34,107 nt of DNA from Gemmatimonadota bacterium (GCA_018224305.1 JAGTUV010000009.1:1-34107); one strand, 5' to 3'; numbered from the stretch's first letter, positions 9,469 to 19,767 are shown. Notes: a model not told the origin generated them from the sequence alone. Numbers and translations: made by a program.

Positions 9469-11454
9469 TCAGCTGGTACGGTCCGTTTCGCGGCGGCGCG
9501 GCGGTGCCGCCAGCTCTGACGTCGACAGTGTGCGCTGCACCAATGGCTCGCCGCCTTTGCGCACGACGTAGCTCTCCATCGCGAAGTACTCCGGCAGCCC
9601 GAGTCGGTCCAGCCAGCCGGCGGTGGAACGGTTCCGCTCCTCGACGCGCTGCCAGAATTCGCGGTCGTCGTGCCCGGGAAACGGCGCGCGGTCCTTCTGG
9701 CTCTGGTGCTTGAAGATGGCCAGTATCTTCATGCGCAGTTCGTCCTCCGACATCGGTACGAGTACGTCCGCCTCGGCGATCGACCACTCCTGCCACGCTC
9801 CCCGGTAGTACCACACCTCCGGCTGGTCACCGCTGTACTGTTCCAGTGCCTGGTGCACCGCCTGCAGGCACATGCGGTGCGTTCCGTGCGGATCCGACAG
9901 GTCGCCGGCAACGAACACATACTCCGGCCGATGCTCCTCCAACAGCTCGAGCGTGATCTTCACGTCCGCGGGACCGATCGGGTCCTTCTTCACCTTGCCG
10001 GTCTGGTAGAACGGCAGATTGAGGAAGCGGGCCTGCTCGCGCTTCATGCCGAACGTCTCGATACCCGACACCGCTTCCGCTTCACGAATCGATTTCTTTA
10101 TCTTCTGCACGGGTTGCGTGTCCACCTCGCCCGGCCGGCGCGCGCGCATCCACTGTTCGGTATCCTCCACGATCTTCCACGCCGGCAAGTCATCAGCGTC
10201 GAAATCGCGACCGAAGCGACTCAGAAAGTCCAGGTACCGACGGACTTCGTGGTCGAACACTGCTATGTTGCCGGACGTCTGGTATGCGACGATGATGTCG
10301 TTGCCGTTCTGATGCAGCTTGTTCAGGATGCCGCCCATCGAGATCACATCGTCGTCGGGGTGCGGGCTGAAGACGATAACGCGCTTCTTCAACGGCAGCC
10401 GGCTCTTGCCGCGGATCTTCGAGAGAAGAGCATTGAACACTTCGCCATTGATCGGACCGGGCGTACCGTAGCGAGCCAGCAGGGAACTGAGGTGGTGTTC
10501 CCGGTAGTCGAGCGCGTCCAGCTTTAGAACGGACTTGCTCGTGACCTCGCTCAACCAGATGAGAGCCCTGATCTCCAGATCGCGCGTCCAGGTAACCTCT
10601 CCCACCACCCACGGCGTCTTGACCCTCGTAAGTTCGGCGGCTGCCGCCTCATCGAGATAGAACGTGGCGCGGGGGTGTTCCTGCAGGTACGTCGCGGCAA
10701 CGTCAGGCGAGATCGCACCTTCGACGGCACGTCGGATGATGGCTGCCTTGTGCTCGCCGGTTGCGAGCAGCGCGATCTCCTTCGCATCGAGAATCGTAGC
10801 GATACCCATGGTGATCGCCTCGATCGGCACATTCTCCTCGCCAAAGAAGTCCGGTGCGGCATCGCGCCGGGTCAATGTGTCCAGCGCGATGACGCGCGTG
10901 CGGCTCTCGAATCCCGAGCCCGGTTCATTGAAGCCGACGTGTCCCGTCTTGCCGATGCCCAGGATCTGGAAGTCGATACCACCCGCGGCACGGATGGCCT
11001 CCTCGTACTGGACGCACTCTTCCTCGACCTCGTCGCGAGATACATTGCCGCGCGGGAAGTTGATGTTGTCCGGATGGATATTGATGCCGTCGAACAGATT
11101 CTCGTCCATGAAGCGCCGGAAGCTGTGGATGCTGTCCGGTTCCATCGGATAGTACTCGTCGAGGTTGAACGTGATGACGTTCGAGAAGTCGAGCCCTTCC
11201 TCTCGATGCATGCGGATCAGTTCGCGATACACCTCGATCGGTGTGCTGCCCGTCGCCAGGCCCAGCACCGGCTGCTCGCCGCGAGCCGTCTTCTCGCGAA
11301 TGATATCTGCAACGCGGTTGGCGATGATCCGCGCGAAATCATCATGATTCTCGAAAATGACAACGGGCACCTTCTCACGCCTGGACCGCGAGGACTGCTT
11401 ACGGCCCGTAACCGTCGGGGTGCCCGGACCGGTTGCGCTGGCTGATGGTTCCAT
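9469..11454 (-). CDS. nagB: Glucosamine-6-phosphate deaminase fused to a C-terminal PIG-L/LmbE deacetylase-like domain
   Basis: LGLATGSTP, FNLDEY and GIGKTGHVGFNEPG. The C-terminal domain has FSPHPDDDVI and DPHGTH. Start placed at ATG 11454 (AGGGAG upstream). Confidence 0.93.
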   Translation of the reverse strand: MEPSASATGPGTPTVTGRKQSSRSRREKVPVVIFENHDDFARIIANRVADIIREKTARGEQPVLGLATGSTPIEVYRELIRMHREEGLDFSNVITFNLDEYYPMEPDSIHSFRRFMDENLFDGINIHPDNINFPRGNVSRDEVEEECVQYEEAIRAAGGIDFQILGIGKTGHVGFNEPGSGFESRTRVIALDTLTRRDAAPDFFGEENVPIEAITMGIATILDAKEIALLATGEHKAAIIRRAVEGAISPDVAATYLQEHPRATFYLDEAAAAELTRVKTPWVVGEVTWTRDLEIRALIWLSEVTSKSVLKLDALDYREHHLSSLLARYGTPGPINGEVFNALLSKIRGKSRLPLKKRVIVFSPHPDDDVISMGGILNKLHQNGNDIIVAYQTSGNIAVFDHEVRRYLDFLSRFGRDFDADDLPAWKIVEDTEQWMRARRPGEVDTQPVQKIKKSIREAEAVSGIETFGMKREQARFLNLPFYQTGKVKKDPIGPADVKITLELLEEHRPEYVFVAGDLSDPHGTHRMCLQAVHQALEQYSGDQPEVWYYRGAWQEWSIAEADVLVPMSEDELRMKILAIFKHQSQKDRAPFPGHDDREFWQRVEERNRSTAGWLDRLGLPEYFAMESYVVRKGGEPLVQRTLSTSELAAPPRRRETDRTS

Positions 11455-11688
11455 TCCGGCAGTCGCTCCCTGGATCATATATGCAGTGGTGCGGCAATGT
11501 ACTGCCGCCGGAGTCCCGTGCAACGATTGCACGATCTGCTCCATCGCCTGGAAACCCGGGTATCGAGTGGATCGGCGCACTGAGACGAGGGCCGCGGAGT
11601 CAGCGTATTTTCCTGCCCCGACCGGGGGAGTTGGATAGGTCCGCCGCCTCCGGCGTATGGCCTGAGGCGGAGTCGTGTCGAAGTCGAG

Positions 11689-12156
11689 TCACGTGGTGGT
11701 GGCCTCGAGTGTGGAAGTGCAGTGCGGGCAGCGCAGCGCCTGAATCGGGATCGTCGTGGCGCAGAAGGGGCACGACCTGTCTGTCGGGGACTCCGGCTCC
11801 ACCTGCTCCTGGCGCCGCAGCTTGTTGATCGCTTTCACGAGCAGGAAGACCGCGAACGCGACGATCAGGAATGCGATGATGTTGTTGATGAACTGGCCGT
11901 AGTTCAGGGTCACCGCACCGGCCGCCTGGGCATCCGCGATGGTCACGTAGGGTGAGGCGGGGTCGCCCTCGCGCAGGATCATGAACAGGTCCTTGAAGTC
12001 GACACCTCCGAGCATCAACCCGACGGGCGGCATGAGCATGTCGTCGACCAGCGACTTCACGATCGTGCCGAATGCGCCGCCGATGATGATGCCGACGGCC
12101 ATGTCGACAACATTGCCCTTTACGGCGAATTCCTTGAACTCCCCCATCATCGCCAT
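11689..12156 (-). CDS. mscL: Large-conductance mechanosensitive channel with C-terminal CxxC...CxxC zinc ribbon
   Basis: [32 protein letters not shown] and [10 protein letters not shown]. Tail CPFC...CPHC. AGGAG RBS before ATG 12156. Confidence 0.95.
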   Translation of the reverse strand: MAMMGEFKEFAVKGNVVDMAVGIIIGGAFGTIVKSLVDDMLMPPVGLMLGGVDFKDLFMILREGDPASPYVTIADAQAAGAVTLNYGQFINNIIAFLIVAFAVFLLVKAINKLRRQEQVEPESPTDRSCPFCATTIPIQALRCPHCTSTLEATTT

Positions 12157-12370
12157 CTTCGGCTCCTGAGACCGGGATGCCATGCATCGGACAGGCCAAT
12201 CTGCGGCTGGATCCCGCTCCGGACAAGCCAGGTTCATGGCGCGGCCGACGTCGCGGGCGTGTCTCGGACGTGCCGCGGGTGAGTCCGTCGCGGTGACCTC
12301 GTCCTCAACCACGACGTGCCGCGCGCGAGTAGTCGCGGTGACCCGGGCTTGACCGTACCGTGCCGGTCGG

Positions 12371-13141
12371 TCAGCCGGTCTGGCTGCCCGTGGGTCCGCC
12401 GGTCGATTTGTCCCCGCGCGATTCCGTCAGGTCCCGGGCCACGCGATCGCACAGGCGGTCCAGCTCGAGCGTCCGTTTGCGGACATAGGCGCGGAACCCG
12501 ATCCTGCACGCGGCGTAGGTACCGCCGATCACGGCCACCGGAATCGCGACAGCGAGAGCCGCAGACCCGAGCGTGCCTGCGATGGCTCCTCCCGCTCCGA
12601 GTCCCACCCCTCCACCAACGCCACCGAGGACGCCACCGAACAATCCGCCGGCGAGCTCGCCGTAGCGGTCCTCTGCCTCGATGCTCGTATTTCCTCCATG
12701 CGCGCTGACGCGCACGGTCGTGCGGCGGCCGGAGCTCGTCGATACCGTCCATGTAAACGTGCGACCGACGAAGCGTGGCTCGCCGTCGTCACCCGACATA
12801 AACCCGATGGTCATGACGAGTCGCTGAAGCGCTGCCTCGTCGGCTTCGAAGGGAAGGGTGTGCTCGGCCCGCACGCGCAGAGGGCCGCCGGCCAGGCGCG
12901 CTACGGCGCCGGATGGACGTGCCGCCCGTTCGATCTCCAACTCATGTGCCGCTGCCCGTAACCGCCCGACATCGATGTGCGCCTCGGCCGCGACTTCCTC
13001 CAGCTCCGCAAGCGTGAGCCCCTGCGCCTGCCTCGTGGCCGGGGCGCTTCTCTGCGCACGCGTGGCATGCTCGAGCAGCTGTCGCACCTCCGTATCCGTA
13101 TAACGACGCACGGGTACGTCCCTCTCGCCCTTGTCGCTCAT
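12371..13141 (-). CDS. Hypothetical membrane protein (Gly-rich TM hairpin)
   Basis: [12 protein letters not shown] and [18 protein letters not shown]-terminal motifs. [20 protein letters not shown] segment. Start ATG 13141 is inferred. Confidence 0.7.
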   Translation of the reverse strand: MSDKGERDVPVRRYTDTEVRQLLEHATRAQRSAPATRQAQGLTLAELEEVAAEAHIDVGRLRAAAHELEIERAARPSGAVARLAGGPLRVRAEHTLPFEADEAALQRLVMTIGFMSGDDGEPRFVGRTFTWTVSTSSGRRTTVRVSAHGGNTSIEAEDRYGELAGGLFGGVLGGVGGGVGLGAGGAIAGTLGSAALAVAIPVAVIGGTYAACRIGFRAYVRKRTLELDRLCDRVARDLTESRGDKSTGGPTGSQTG

Positions 13142-13251
13142 GCCGCTAAACTGACAGGACCACTGTGCGGCCGCAATCCGGAACGTGCGCCGCGGTGGAT
13201 CCCTCGACGTCCGGCCCGGTCGCACACACTGACCAGGGCGGCATTCGTGGT

Positions 13252-13280
13252 TTGACCCCCTATCGAACCCGGCATACGTT
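13252..13280 (+). promoter_or_regulatory. Sigma70-type promoter for the folD-like gene (TTGACC-N17-TACGTT)
   Basis: 5/6 -35 match, exact 17-bp spacer, TAnnnT -10 located 38 nt before the ATG. Confidence 0.6.
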
Positions 13281-13317
13281 GCCCGGCGATGACGTTCACG
13301 CACGGACACGATCCATA

Positions 13318-14160
13318 ATGGCGGCAGTGGTTCTCGACGGCACGGGCCTCGCCCGGCGGCGACTGCCGATGCTGGCTGCGCGCGCAGAAGCCGTGCTCAC
13401 CCGCCGCGGACGCGCTCCCGCTCTTGTCCTCGTCACGTTTGGCGACGACCGCGGGCACGCGCCGCACGTCGCTCGCAAGCAGCGCATGTGCGCCGATGCA
13501 GGCGTGGATCTCATTCCGCTCATCTTCGAGCCCGGTGTCCGGACGCGCGTGGCGCTCGCGCATATGCGTGAGCTGCTGAAGGAGCGTTCGTTCGACGGTG
13601 TCTTCGTGCAGGTTCCCTTTCCGGATGGGATCGACGGCGACTCGCTGGTGTCGGCCGTGCCGGTCGAGCTGGATGTGGACATCATGACGCCGGTCCGCAC
13701 CGCCCGCTACATGAACGGCACCGATGTGCTACCGCCCGTGACCGTGTCGGCAGCCCTGCTCCTGCTGGACGAATACGACATCTCGATCGAGGGTCGGCGC
13801 GGGATCGTGGTTGCGGAGGAGCACCCGTTCTCACTCATGCTGCGCGCAGCGCTCGTCCTGCGCGGCGCAGACATGCGTGCTCCCGTGCATCCGGCAGATC
13901 CCGGCCTGAAGGAGCATGTGCGTGCAGCGGATCTCGTGGTCGTCGCCGCGGGAGTTCCCGGGCTGCTGCATTCCACGATGATCAGGCCGGGAGCCGTCGC
14001 GATCGATGCCGGCTACTTCAACGCCGGTGGTCGCGGCGACATCGATCTCACCGGCGGCATCGACCACCTCGCCGCGATATCGCCCGTGCCCGGGGGCATA
14101 GGGCCCATGACGATTTCGGCACTGCTCGAACGTGTGGTGCTGTTCGCCGAGCAGAACTAG
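13318..14160 (+). CDS. folD: Divergent FolD-family methylene-THF dehydrogenase/cyclohydrolase homolog
   Basis: MAAVVLDG, DGVFVQVPFP, ADLVVVAAG, GAVAIDAG, GDID and SPVPGGIGPMT. The GRSxxVG motif is absent. Confidence 0.8.
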   Translation: MAAVVLDGTGLARRRLPMLAARAEAVLTRRGRAPALVLVTFGDDRGHAPHVARKQRMCADAGVDLIPLIFEPGVRTRVALAHMRELLKERSFDGVFVQVPFPDGIDGDSLVSAVPVELDVDIMTPVRTARYMNGTDVLPPVTVSAALLLLDEYDISIEGRRGIVVAEEHPFSLMLRAALVLRGADMRAPVHPADPGLKEHVRAADLVVVAAGVPGLLHSTMIRPGAVAIDAGYFNAGGRGDIDLTGGIDHLAAISPVPGGIGPMTISALLERVVLFAEQN

Positions 14161-14176
14161 TGGACTGTCTCCAGAG
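14157..14176 (+). repeat. Copy of 20-bp element CTAGTGGACTGTCTCCAGAG overlapping the folD stop
   Basis: 18/20 identical to the reverse complement of 14744-14763. Confidence 0.75.
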
Positions 14177-14257
14177 CAACGTCAGCACCGAGAGATGACT
14201 GGGACGCGCACGCGAACCGCCGCGTACTCATTCCACGTGCCTCCAGTGTGCATCGCG

Positions 14258-14713
14258 TCAGAATCGCTCGCCCTGCGCTTCGCGGAGGTGACTGCCGACC
14301 GGCCGGATGCGCGTCCACATCGCCCAGAAGTACAACGCGGCGCCCGCGATCTGGCCGAGTCCGCCGAGCACTACGATCCATGGCAGAACCGCTACGTCGT
14401 ACCACGCACGCATTGCTTCCGCCACGAATCGGGAGCCGGTGGACACGGCGAGAATCCAGTATGCGGCCTGAATCCGCCCGGGTGAGTAGCGAGTGTCATC
14501 CTTCGGCGCGCGCGGGAACAGCCACAGCGCCACGCCGAAGATCAGAAACATCACGAACCCTACGAACACGGCATGCGCGTGCGCGGACACGAGGTGAGGA
14601 TGCGGCCAGATGCCGAACAGCTCCCGGCGCACGAGCAGCCATCCTCCGAGCGCCAGGCCGGAGAATAGAAACAGAATGCCAGTCTTGATGAATCGCCGGA
14701 CGAGTGTATACAT
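14258..14713 (-). CDS. Small 4-TM heme-copper-oxidase-homology (single-unit HCOH/NnrS-like) membrane protein
   Basis: MYTLVRRFIKTG...SAHAHAVFVGFVMFLIFGVALWLFPR. Four hydrophobic segments. Paralog of 19934-20374. Confidence 0.75.
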   Translation of the reverse strand: MYTLVRRFIKTGILFLFSGLALGGWLLVRRELFGIWPHPHLVSAHAHAVFVGFVMFLIFGVALWLFPRAPKDDTRYSPGRIQAAYWILAVSTGSRFVAEAMRAWYDVAVLPWIVVLGGLGQIAGAALYFWAMWTRIRPVGSHLREAQGERF

Positions 14714-14715
14714 GG

Positions 14716-14763
14716 CTAGTCGACTGTCTCGAATGCCGCGGAACTTTGGAGACAGTCCATTAG
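14716..14763. repeat. 48-bp imperfect inverted-repeat (MITE/REP-like) element with CTAG/CTAA ends
   Basis: CTAGTCGACTGTCTCGAATG ... CTTTGGAGACAGTCCATTAG; the arms are 16/20 complementary. Confidence 0.7.
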
Positions 14764-15176
14764 TCGTCTGCCTTCGCAGCCTGCTGCCCACCCCGACCGG
14801 ACCCGCCCTGAGCACCGGCCTCGAGCGCGACGGTCAGGAGAAACGCTGCACCCGCCTCGGATTGCACCGTGTGCGGCAGGCCCGCGCCGGCCGACAGCAT
14901 CTCACCAGCAGCGACATCGTGAGATTGCCCGCCGATCGTGAAGCGGATCGACCCATCCAGCGGCTGCACCGTGATCGGTCCGTCCGCGCTGTGCTCCGCC
15001 AGCTCTCCGCCCGGCCCGAGCACCACCAGTGTCACACGCAGCGGTCCGTCCTTGAGCAGAGTACGCGCCGAACGGCCGTGCTTCTGAATGGTCGCCGGGT
15101 CCGCAGTACGCTCACGTTCCTCGTGGAGCTGGAACACCATGACATCGCCGGAGAGCGGGCGCTGGATGGAGGGCAT
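14760..15176 (-). CDS. Cupin domain protein
   Basis: GGELAEHSADGPITVQPLDGSIRF and AGEMLSAGAGLPHTV. TGATG coupling to the upstream gene. Confidence 0.85.
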   Translation of the reverse strand: MPSIQRPLSGDVMVFQLHEERERTADPATIQKHGRSARTLLKDGPLRVTLVVLGPGGELAEHSADGPITVQPLDGSIRFTIGGQSHDVAAGEMLSAGAGLPHTVQSEAGAAFLLTVALEAGAQGGSGRGGQQAAKADD

Positions 15177-15433
15177 CAGGACACCTCCGCCGCGTCGGTC
15201 AGTCGAACGACGATCACGCGCCACGTCTCCGGGCCCTGCTCCAGATAATCGAAGCTGAACGCGTCATCGCCACGCGTCGCACGCAGCGTGTAGTACATGC
15301 ACTGCGGATCGTGGTCGACCACGAGCTCCAGCGACTCGCCGATCCCGAGCGATTCATATGCACCCATGATCTGCTCGTAGCGATGCCTTGGCTCGACCGG
15401 CCGGACGTCCAGGCGTATCTGCGTCTTCATCAT
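15176..15433 (-). CDS. DUF2249 domain protein (TusA/SirA-like)
   Basis: LDVRPVEPRHR, LVVDHDP and YLEQGPETWRV. Confidence 0.88.
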   Translation of the reverse strand: MMKTQIRLDVRPVEPRHRYEQIMGAYESLGIGESLELVVDHDPQCMYYTLRATRGDDAFSFDYLEQGPETWRVIVVRLTDAAEVS

Positions 15434-16164
15434 GTGCCTCCAGTTTCAGTTCGGACCGGCAGGCGCACCAGGTCCGGCGCAGCCGCCGTGCTGCCGCAGC
15501 CCCACCCGCCGCGCCGGCCGAGCCACGTCTCCCACGCCACGCGATAGCGCGTCGAGCTCGGTGCCAGCACGAGCGGGCCGTCATATCCCGCGAGCGCGAG
15601 CGTGCCCATCAGCGTTCCGATGCCCCTGCCTTCCTGCATCGAAGTCTCCGGGCCGCCGCCAATCAACCGGATGTACCGCAAAGCCGGTCCCTGCCGCTCC
15701 AGTACGAATTGCGCATGTTCTGAAACGTCGCCGCTGGCGGTATCGATCTCCCATCCGTAATCGAGGCCCGCCGCGTGCGCGGCCGGATGCCAGGTTGCCG
15801 GCTGACCCGTTGCGAGAGCGAGCGCGCGCCCGCCTGCATCGATGATCGCGCGCGCGCGTTCAGCCCGCTGATCGATGCTGCATTCGCACGACACGATAAC
15901 AGGAGCGCCGAGCGCCTGTGACAGCCGCGCGAGCTGCTCTGCATCAGTCGCCGCGTCCGTGCGGTAGCCCGCAATCGTCACGCCTTCTGTTGCGGCGCTC
16001 GCCAGCGCGGCAGCGACGGCACGCGACCAGTCGCCGTCGGCATCGATGCCGTGCCCGTCGCCCGCACGTAGCTCGAGCGCGGGAAGACCTCGCGCCGCGC
16101 ACGCTGCCGCGAGATCGTCGAGTGAAGCGTCCGGCGCAGCGGCGGAGCTCAGTCCCAGCCGCAT
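15430..16164 (-). CDS. Degenerate xylose-isomerase/AP-endonuclease-2-like TIM-barrel protein with C-terminal GWGCGS
   Basis: MRLGLSS...LAAACAARGLPALEL...GHG N-terminus and LALAGYDGPLVL C-terminus. ATG 16164 is coupled by TGATG. Confidence 0.6.
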   Translation of the reverse strand: MRLGLSSAAAPDASLDDLAAACAARGLPALELRAGDGHGIDADGDWSRAVAAALASAATEGVTIAGYRTDAATDAEQLARLSQALGAPVIVSCECSIDQRAERARAIIDAGGRALALATGQPATWHPAAHAAGLDYGWEIDTASGDVSEHAQFVLERQGPALRYIRLIGGGPETSMQEGRGIGTLMGTLALAGYDGPLVLAPSSTRYRVAWETWLGRRGGWGCGSTAAAPDLVRLPVRTETGGT

Positions 16165-16403
16165 CAGGCTGCGGTCCTCGAGATCTGCACGCGCCACACG
16201 GCGGGACCCTGCTCCAGGTACTCCCAGCCGAACTGGCCGGCGTGCTCGAACTCGAACTGGTAGCGCAGCGGTTTCGGATCGTGATCGTTTACCAGTACGA
16301 ACGCCTCTCCCGCCTCGAGCGAGGTGAACGTCTGGAAGATCGTCGGATGCTTCTCGCGCGGCGGAATGACCCGCACGTCGAGAACTCTCTGTGTGTCGCT
16401 CAT
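16164..16403 (-). CDS. DUF2249 domain protein
   Basis: LDVRVIPPREKHPTIF, LVNDHDPKPLRYQF and YLEQGPAVWRV. AAGGAG RBS. Confidence 0.92.
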   Translation of the reverse strand: MSDTQRVLDVRVIPPREKHPTIFQTFTSLEAGEAFVLVNDHDPKPLRYQFEFEHAGQFGWEYLEQGPAVWRVQISRTAA

Positions 16404-16441
16404 GTTACTGCTCCTTCGTTCGAGTTTCAGTTGCTGTGCCG

Positions 16442-17398
16442 TCAGTTGCTGCGCCGGATGAACACACGCACGAGATCCGGCTCCTGCTCCCGTACGTCGT
16501 ACGTGAATCCGCGTTCCTCCAGCATCGGCAGCAGGAACTGCGGCACACGCACATTGATCTGAACGAGCGTCGCTCCCGCCGGCAGCTGCTCGAGCGCGGC
16601 CAGCGTGCGCACCATCGGCTCCGGCGGTTCGAGGTCACGAACGTCGATAATCACCACGTCCTGCTCCGCGTCCGGCGCTGCATCGCCACGAGAAAGGTCG
16701 GGTGCTTCCGGAGAGGGCCCGTCGGCTGGAGCCCGGGCGCCGGCCGCGGGGCGGGCGACCGCGTTACCCCCTGGCTCCTGATCGGGCACCGAGGGCTGGG
16801 CATCGACAGCAGGCGGATGAAACCACACACGCCAGTCGTCGTCCGCCAGTCGCTCGGTCCAGTGCTCGAGACCCTGACGCTTCATGACCGCATAGAGCGG
16901 CACCGGCTCGAAGATCGCCCGCACGCAGAGCACACCACCCGCCGGCACCGTTCGCAGTGCTGCCATGATCAGGCTGAAAGGCTCACGTCCGGCACGCAGT
17001 TCGTCGCGCACGTCCAGCTCGATGACATCCTCGGAAGCGACGCGCTCCAGAGCTTCCGGACGCTTACCCGCATTGCTCGACACCACGTCCCCGTCCTCCT
17101 TCGTGCGTGACTCCACGTTCGCCGGTGCGGCGTGTGACTCCACCTTCGCCGGTGCGGCGCGCGACTCCACGCTCACCGGTGCGCCCGACCCATGCGCGTT
17201 CAGCCGAGCCACGAGCTCCTCCGCATTGACACCCGCCACCCGCGCCGCCTGCTCTACCGTCACGAGCCGCGCCATCACTTTCCTCATTCCTGCATGCCGC
17301 AGTCGCTCAAAGGCCGGCGAGAGCGATACGAACACATCGATTAGCGATTCATCGCGCCCGATCACCGTTGACACTCGGTCCGTACGGGAGATCACCAT
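16442..17398 (-). CDS. DUF1858 + 2x DUF2249 fusion protein
   Basis: N-terminal '[15 protein letters not shown]...[22 protein letters not shown]' (DUF1858-like), then [14 protein letters not shown]...FEPVPLY and [16 protein letters not shown]...RVPQFL. Confidence 0.82.
   Translation of the reverse strand: MVISRTDRVSTVIGRDESLIDVFVSLSPAFERLRHAGMRKVMARLVTVEQAARVAGVNAEELVARLNAHGSGAPVSVESRAAPAKVESHAAPANVESRTKEDGDVVSSNAGKRPEALERVASEDVIELDVRDELRAGREPFSLIMAALRTVPAGGVLCVRAIFEPVPLYAVMKRQGLEHWTERLADDDWRVWFHPPAVDAQPSVPDQEPGGNAVARPAAGARAPADGPSPEAPDLSRGDAAPDAEQDVVIIDVRDLEPPEPMVRTLAALEQLPAGATLVQINVRVPQFLLPMLEERGFTYDVREQEPDLVRVFIRRSN
17107..17183. repeat. 27-bp tandem repeat x~3 (VESxAAPA linker)
   Basis: GACTCCAC cores at 17109, 17136 and 17163. 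Confidence 0.85.
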
Positions 17399-17688
17399 GC
17401 CCCCTCCTGGATCATCTCCGGATTCCACGCGGGCTCCCACACCAGATGCGGATGGACTTCCTCGACACCGGGCACTGCGGACACCGCGTTAACAATCGCA
17501 CTCGTGATGTGGCGCTCGAGCGGACAACCGGGCGTCGTCAGCGTGTACGTCACCGTCACCGTGCGCTCGAAGACGTTCACGTCGTAGACCAGGCCGAGCG
17601 TCATGATGTCCAACCCGATTTCCGGGTCTATCACGGTTGCCAGTGCGGCGCACACCGCTGCCTCCTGCTCTTCCGCCTGCGGGATCAT
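17392..17688 (-). CDS. Metal-sulfur cluster assembly factor (DUF59/SufT/MIP18)
   Basis: [30 protein letters not shown] and LVWEPAW. ATG 17688 overlaps the upstream stop (ATGA). Confidence 0.93.
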   Translation of the reverse strand: MIPQAEEQEAAVCAALATVIDPEIGLDIMTLGLVYDVNVFERTVTVTYTLTTPGCPLERHITSAIVNAVSAVPGVEEVHPHLVWEPAWNPEMIQEGAW

Positions 17689-18989
17689 GGTCGCGTTCTC
17701 CACAGTTTCAGCATCTGTGCACTCTCGATCACCACGCCCGTCAGCAGCATGAGTGCGCTGACGCGCGCAGCGACAGGGTATCCGGCGACGATCGCCGCAA
17801 TCATTCCGATCGTTCCCAGCACCAGTGCGCTCACCGCCAGCGTCGCTGCGCGCGTCGAGTACAGCTCCGTGACGAGAGGCACGGGCCGCGTGCCCGCGAG
17901 CGGGCCGAAGCGGTGGTACCACACCAGGAATGGCACGATCTTGTAGTAGTGCGCCGCAACGAAGAGGCTGATACCGAGGAGCACGGCGGCCACGTACGCA
18001 GTTGCGACGCGCGCACTCGCGACCGAAAGCAGTACCGGCGTCGACAGCACCAGTGCGAGGGCCAGAACGGACAGTGCCGCGGCGGCGAGGCGCATCCCCG
18101 GATCCAGCGCAGGACGATGGCGGCGTGCATAGAACGATCGGGCCTGCAACAGGAACGCGGCACAGCCCGCCGCGATCAGCACCGCAGGCGTCCAGTAGCT
18201 CACCAGTCGCGGCGCGTGATGCAGGAACGCGAGCACGCCCGTCCCCGTCGCGATCAGCGCCACGGCCGCCTTCGCAAACCGGTCGCCCGCGCCGTGGCTG
18301 AGCAGGAACATCGGCAGCAGGCGATGGCCGACACCGATCATCACCAGCAGTACCCAGCCGGCGATCGCCACGTGCAGGTGCACGCCCAGCGCGGCGACGC
18401 GTCCCGCACCGAGGTAGCCCCAGCGCAGATTGCCCGTAAGCGCCAGGCCGAGAACCAGCGTGATCATCAGAAAGAATGCAGCGCATGCGAGCGCCCACCA
18501 CGTTACGTCGCGTCGCTTCGATGCGTGCAGTGTCGCGGCCAGATTGCCGACGAAGAGCAGGATGCCCGCGCCGAACGTGGCCGCGCCGGCCAGCATCAGA
18601 ACCGGACGGTACAGCACGAGTCCGATCACGAACGCGGCCAGGCCCGGCACGTACAGCGCGAAGCTCGCGTGCGCCAGCCGCACTGAACGGATCGGCTTCC
18701 CCAGCGCCACCGGCAGGAACTGGTACAGCGCGCCCATGATCGATGTCGTGATCCAGCCCAGCGTGAACAGGTGCGTGACACCCGCGACCCGCGGCGACAG
18801 AAACGCGCCGCCCGCCAGGTCGCCCGCGACCAGAACCACGCCCGCGGCACCAGACAGCAGGAACAGCAGCGCGGCAGCGAAGTGCTCGCCCGGCAGGATG
18901 AACGGCGGCGCGTTCGCGCCCGCCATACCGGGCGCCGCTGTCGGCACAGTCTGCGGTTTCGTGCCGGCGCTCCTCGTGCGCACATCCAT
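17685..18989 (-). CDS. ~12-TM heme-copper-oxidase-homology (triple-unit HCOH/NnrS-like) membrane protein
   Basis: Three repeats: [45 protein letters not shown] and [20 protein letters not shown] 18989 is coupled (TAATG) to the regulator. Confidence 0.72.
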   Translation of the reverse strand: MDVRTRSAGTKPQTVPTAAPGMAGANAPPFILPGEHFAAALLFLLSGAAGVVLVAGDLAGGAFLSPRVAGVTHLFTLGWITTSIMGALYQFLPVALGKPIRSVRLAHASFALYVPGLAAFVIGLVLYRPVLMLAGAATFGAGILLFVGNLAATLHASKRRDVTWWALACAAFFLMITLVLGLALTGNLRWGYLGAGRVAALGVHLHVAIAGWVLLVMIGVGHRLLPMFLLSHGAGDRFAKAAVALIATGTGVLAFLHHAPRLVSYWTPAVLIAAGCAAFLLQARSFYARRHRPALDPGMRLAAAALSVLALALVLSTPVLLSVASARVATAYVAAVLLGISLFVAAHYYKIVPFLVWYHRFGPLAGTRPVPLVTELYSTRAATLAVSALVLGTIGMIAAIVAGYPVAARVSALMLLTGVVIESAQMLKLWRTRP

Positions 18990-19720
18990 TACGCCGCTCC
19001 TCTGCGATACGTGCAGGACGCGTCTCCCGCCGGGATGTAGTTCAGACGCGTCAGCCGCTCGCCCATCAGCTCCCTCACGAACGCCAACTCCGCGCGGCAG
19101 GGAACCCGCGTCACGTCCACCACCTCGCGCAGCGGGCAATGACACAGCCGAAGCTCGGGCTGTTCCGCTCCCTCGTGCGCCAGCGCCATGAACCCCAGTT
19201 CGGAGAGGATCCGGGCCGCCTCCTCCGCCCGGGCCGGACCCTCCAGCCCTGCGACCCGCGTCAGCGCGGCGTCACGCCGCTCGGCGATGTACTCGTCGAA
19301 GAACTCCTCGAGCAGCGCTTCATTTCCAGTCGACACCAGGTGCATGACCAGGCCCCGAAGGACCTCGCCTTCACGACGCGGGAACAGCGACTCCGATGCG
19401 GCCGTCAACGCGTACACCACCTCCGGCCGGCCAGGCCCCGAACGCCGCGTGCCCCGCCGCTCCACCAGGCCCTCCGCCGTCAGCGCCTGCAGATGATGCC
19501 GGACCGTCTCGACATTCAGCCTCGCCTCCTCCGACAGCAGCGGGATCGTCGCCGAGCCCCGACGCTTGAGGCTGTTCACCAGCTCCCGCCGCGTCCCGTT
19601 CAGCCCCGGCGCACTCATGCCCGCCGGGCTCGCCGCCGGCACGCTCGGCCCCAGCGCGCCAGCCGCCAGTGCGCTCAGCGCCGCCTGAACAATCTCTTCC
19701 CGGCCGCCGTTGCGGTCCAT
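18989..19720 (-). CDS. SufR-like HTH transcriptional regulator with Fe-S ligand motif
   Basis: HTH ([15 protein letters not shown]...[12 protein letters not shown]). C-terminal CP-x11-C-x2-E...C ([17 protein letters not shown]...GDASCTY). GGAGG RBS. Confidence 0.85.
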   Translation of the reverse strand: MDRNGGREEIVQAALSALAAGALGPSVPAASPAGMSAPGLNGTRRELVNSLKRRGSATIPLLSEEARLNVETVRHHLQALTAEGLVERRGTRRSGPGRPEVVYALTAASESLFPRREGEVLRGLVMHLVSTGNEALLEEFFDEYIAERRDAALTRVAGLEGPARAEEAARILSELGFMALAHEGAEQPELRLCHCPLREVVDVTRVPCRAELAFVRELMGERLTRLNYIPAGDASCTYRRGAA

Positions 19721-19767
19721 TCACCCTCCGTTGTCGTACGGGTCAGACGATCGCCGTACTGCCTGCC

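Noticed and set aside
9469-11454. NagB-PIG-L fusion as a novelty
   Set aside because: This is a known long-form NagB architecture, common for example in Bacteroidota.
17689-18501. 369-aa version of the DUF59 ORF and other extended N-termini in the ORF track
   Set aside because: The extensions overlap upstream genes. Stop/start overlaps and RBS positions support the shorter starts.
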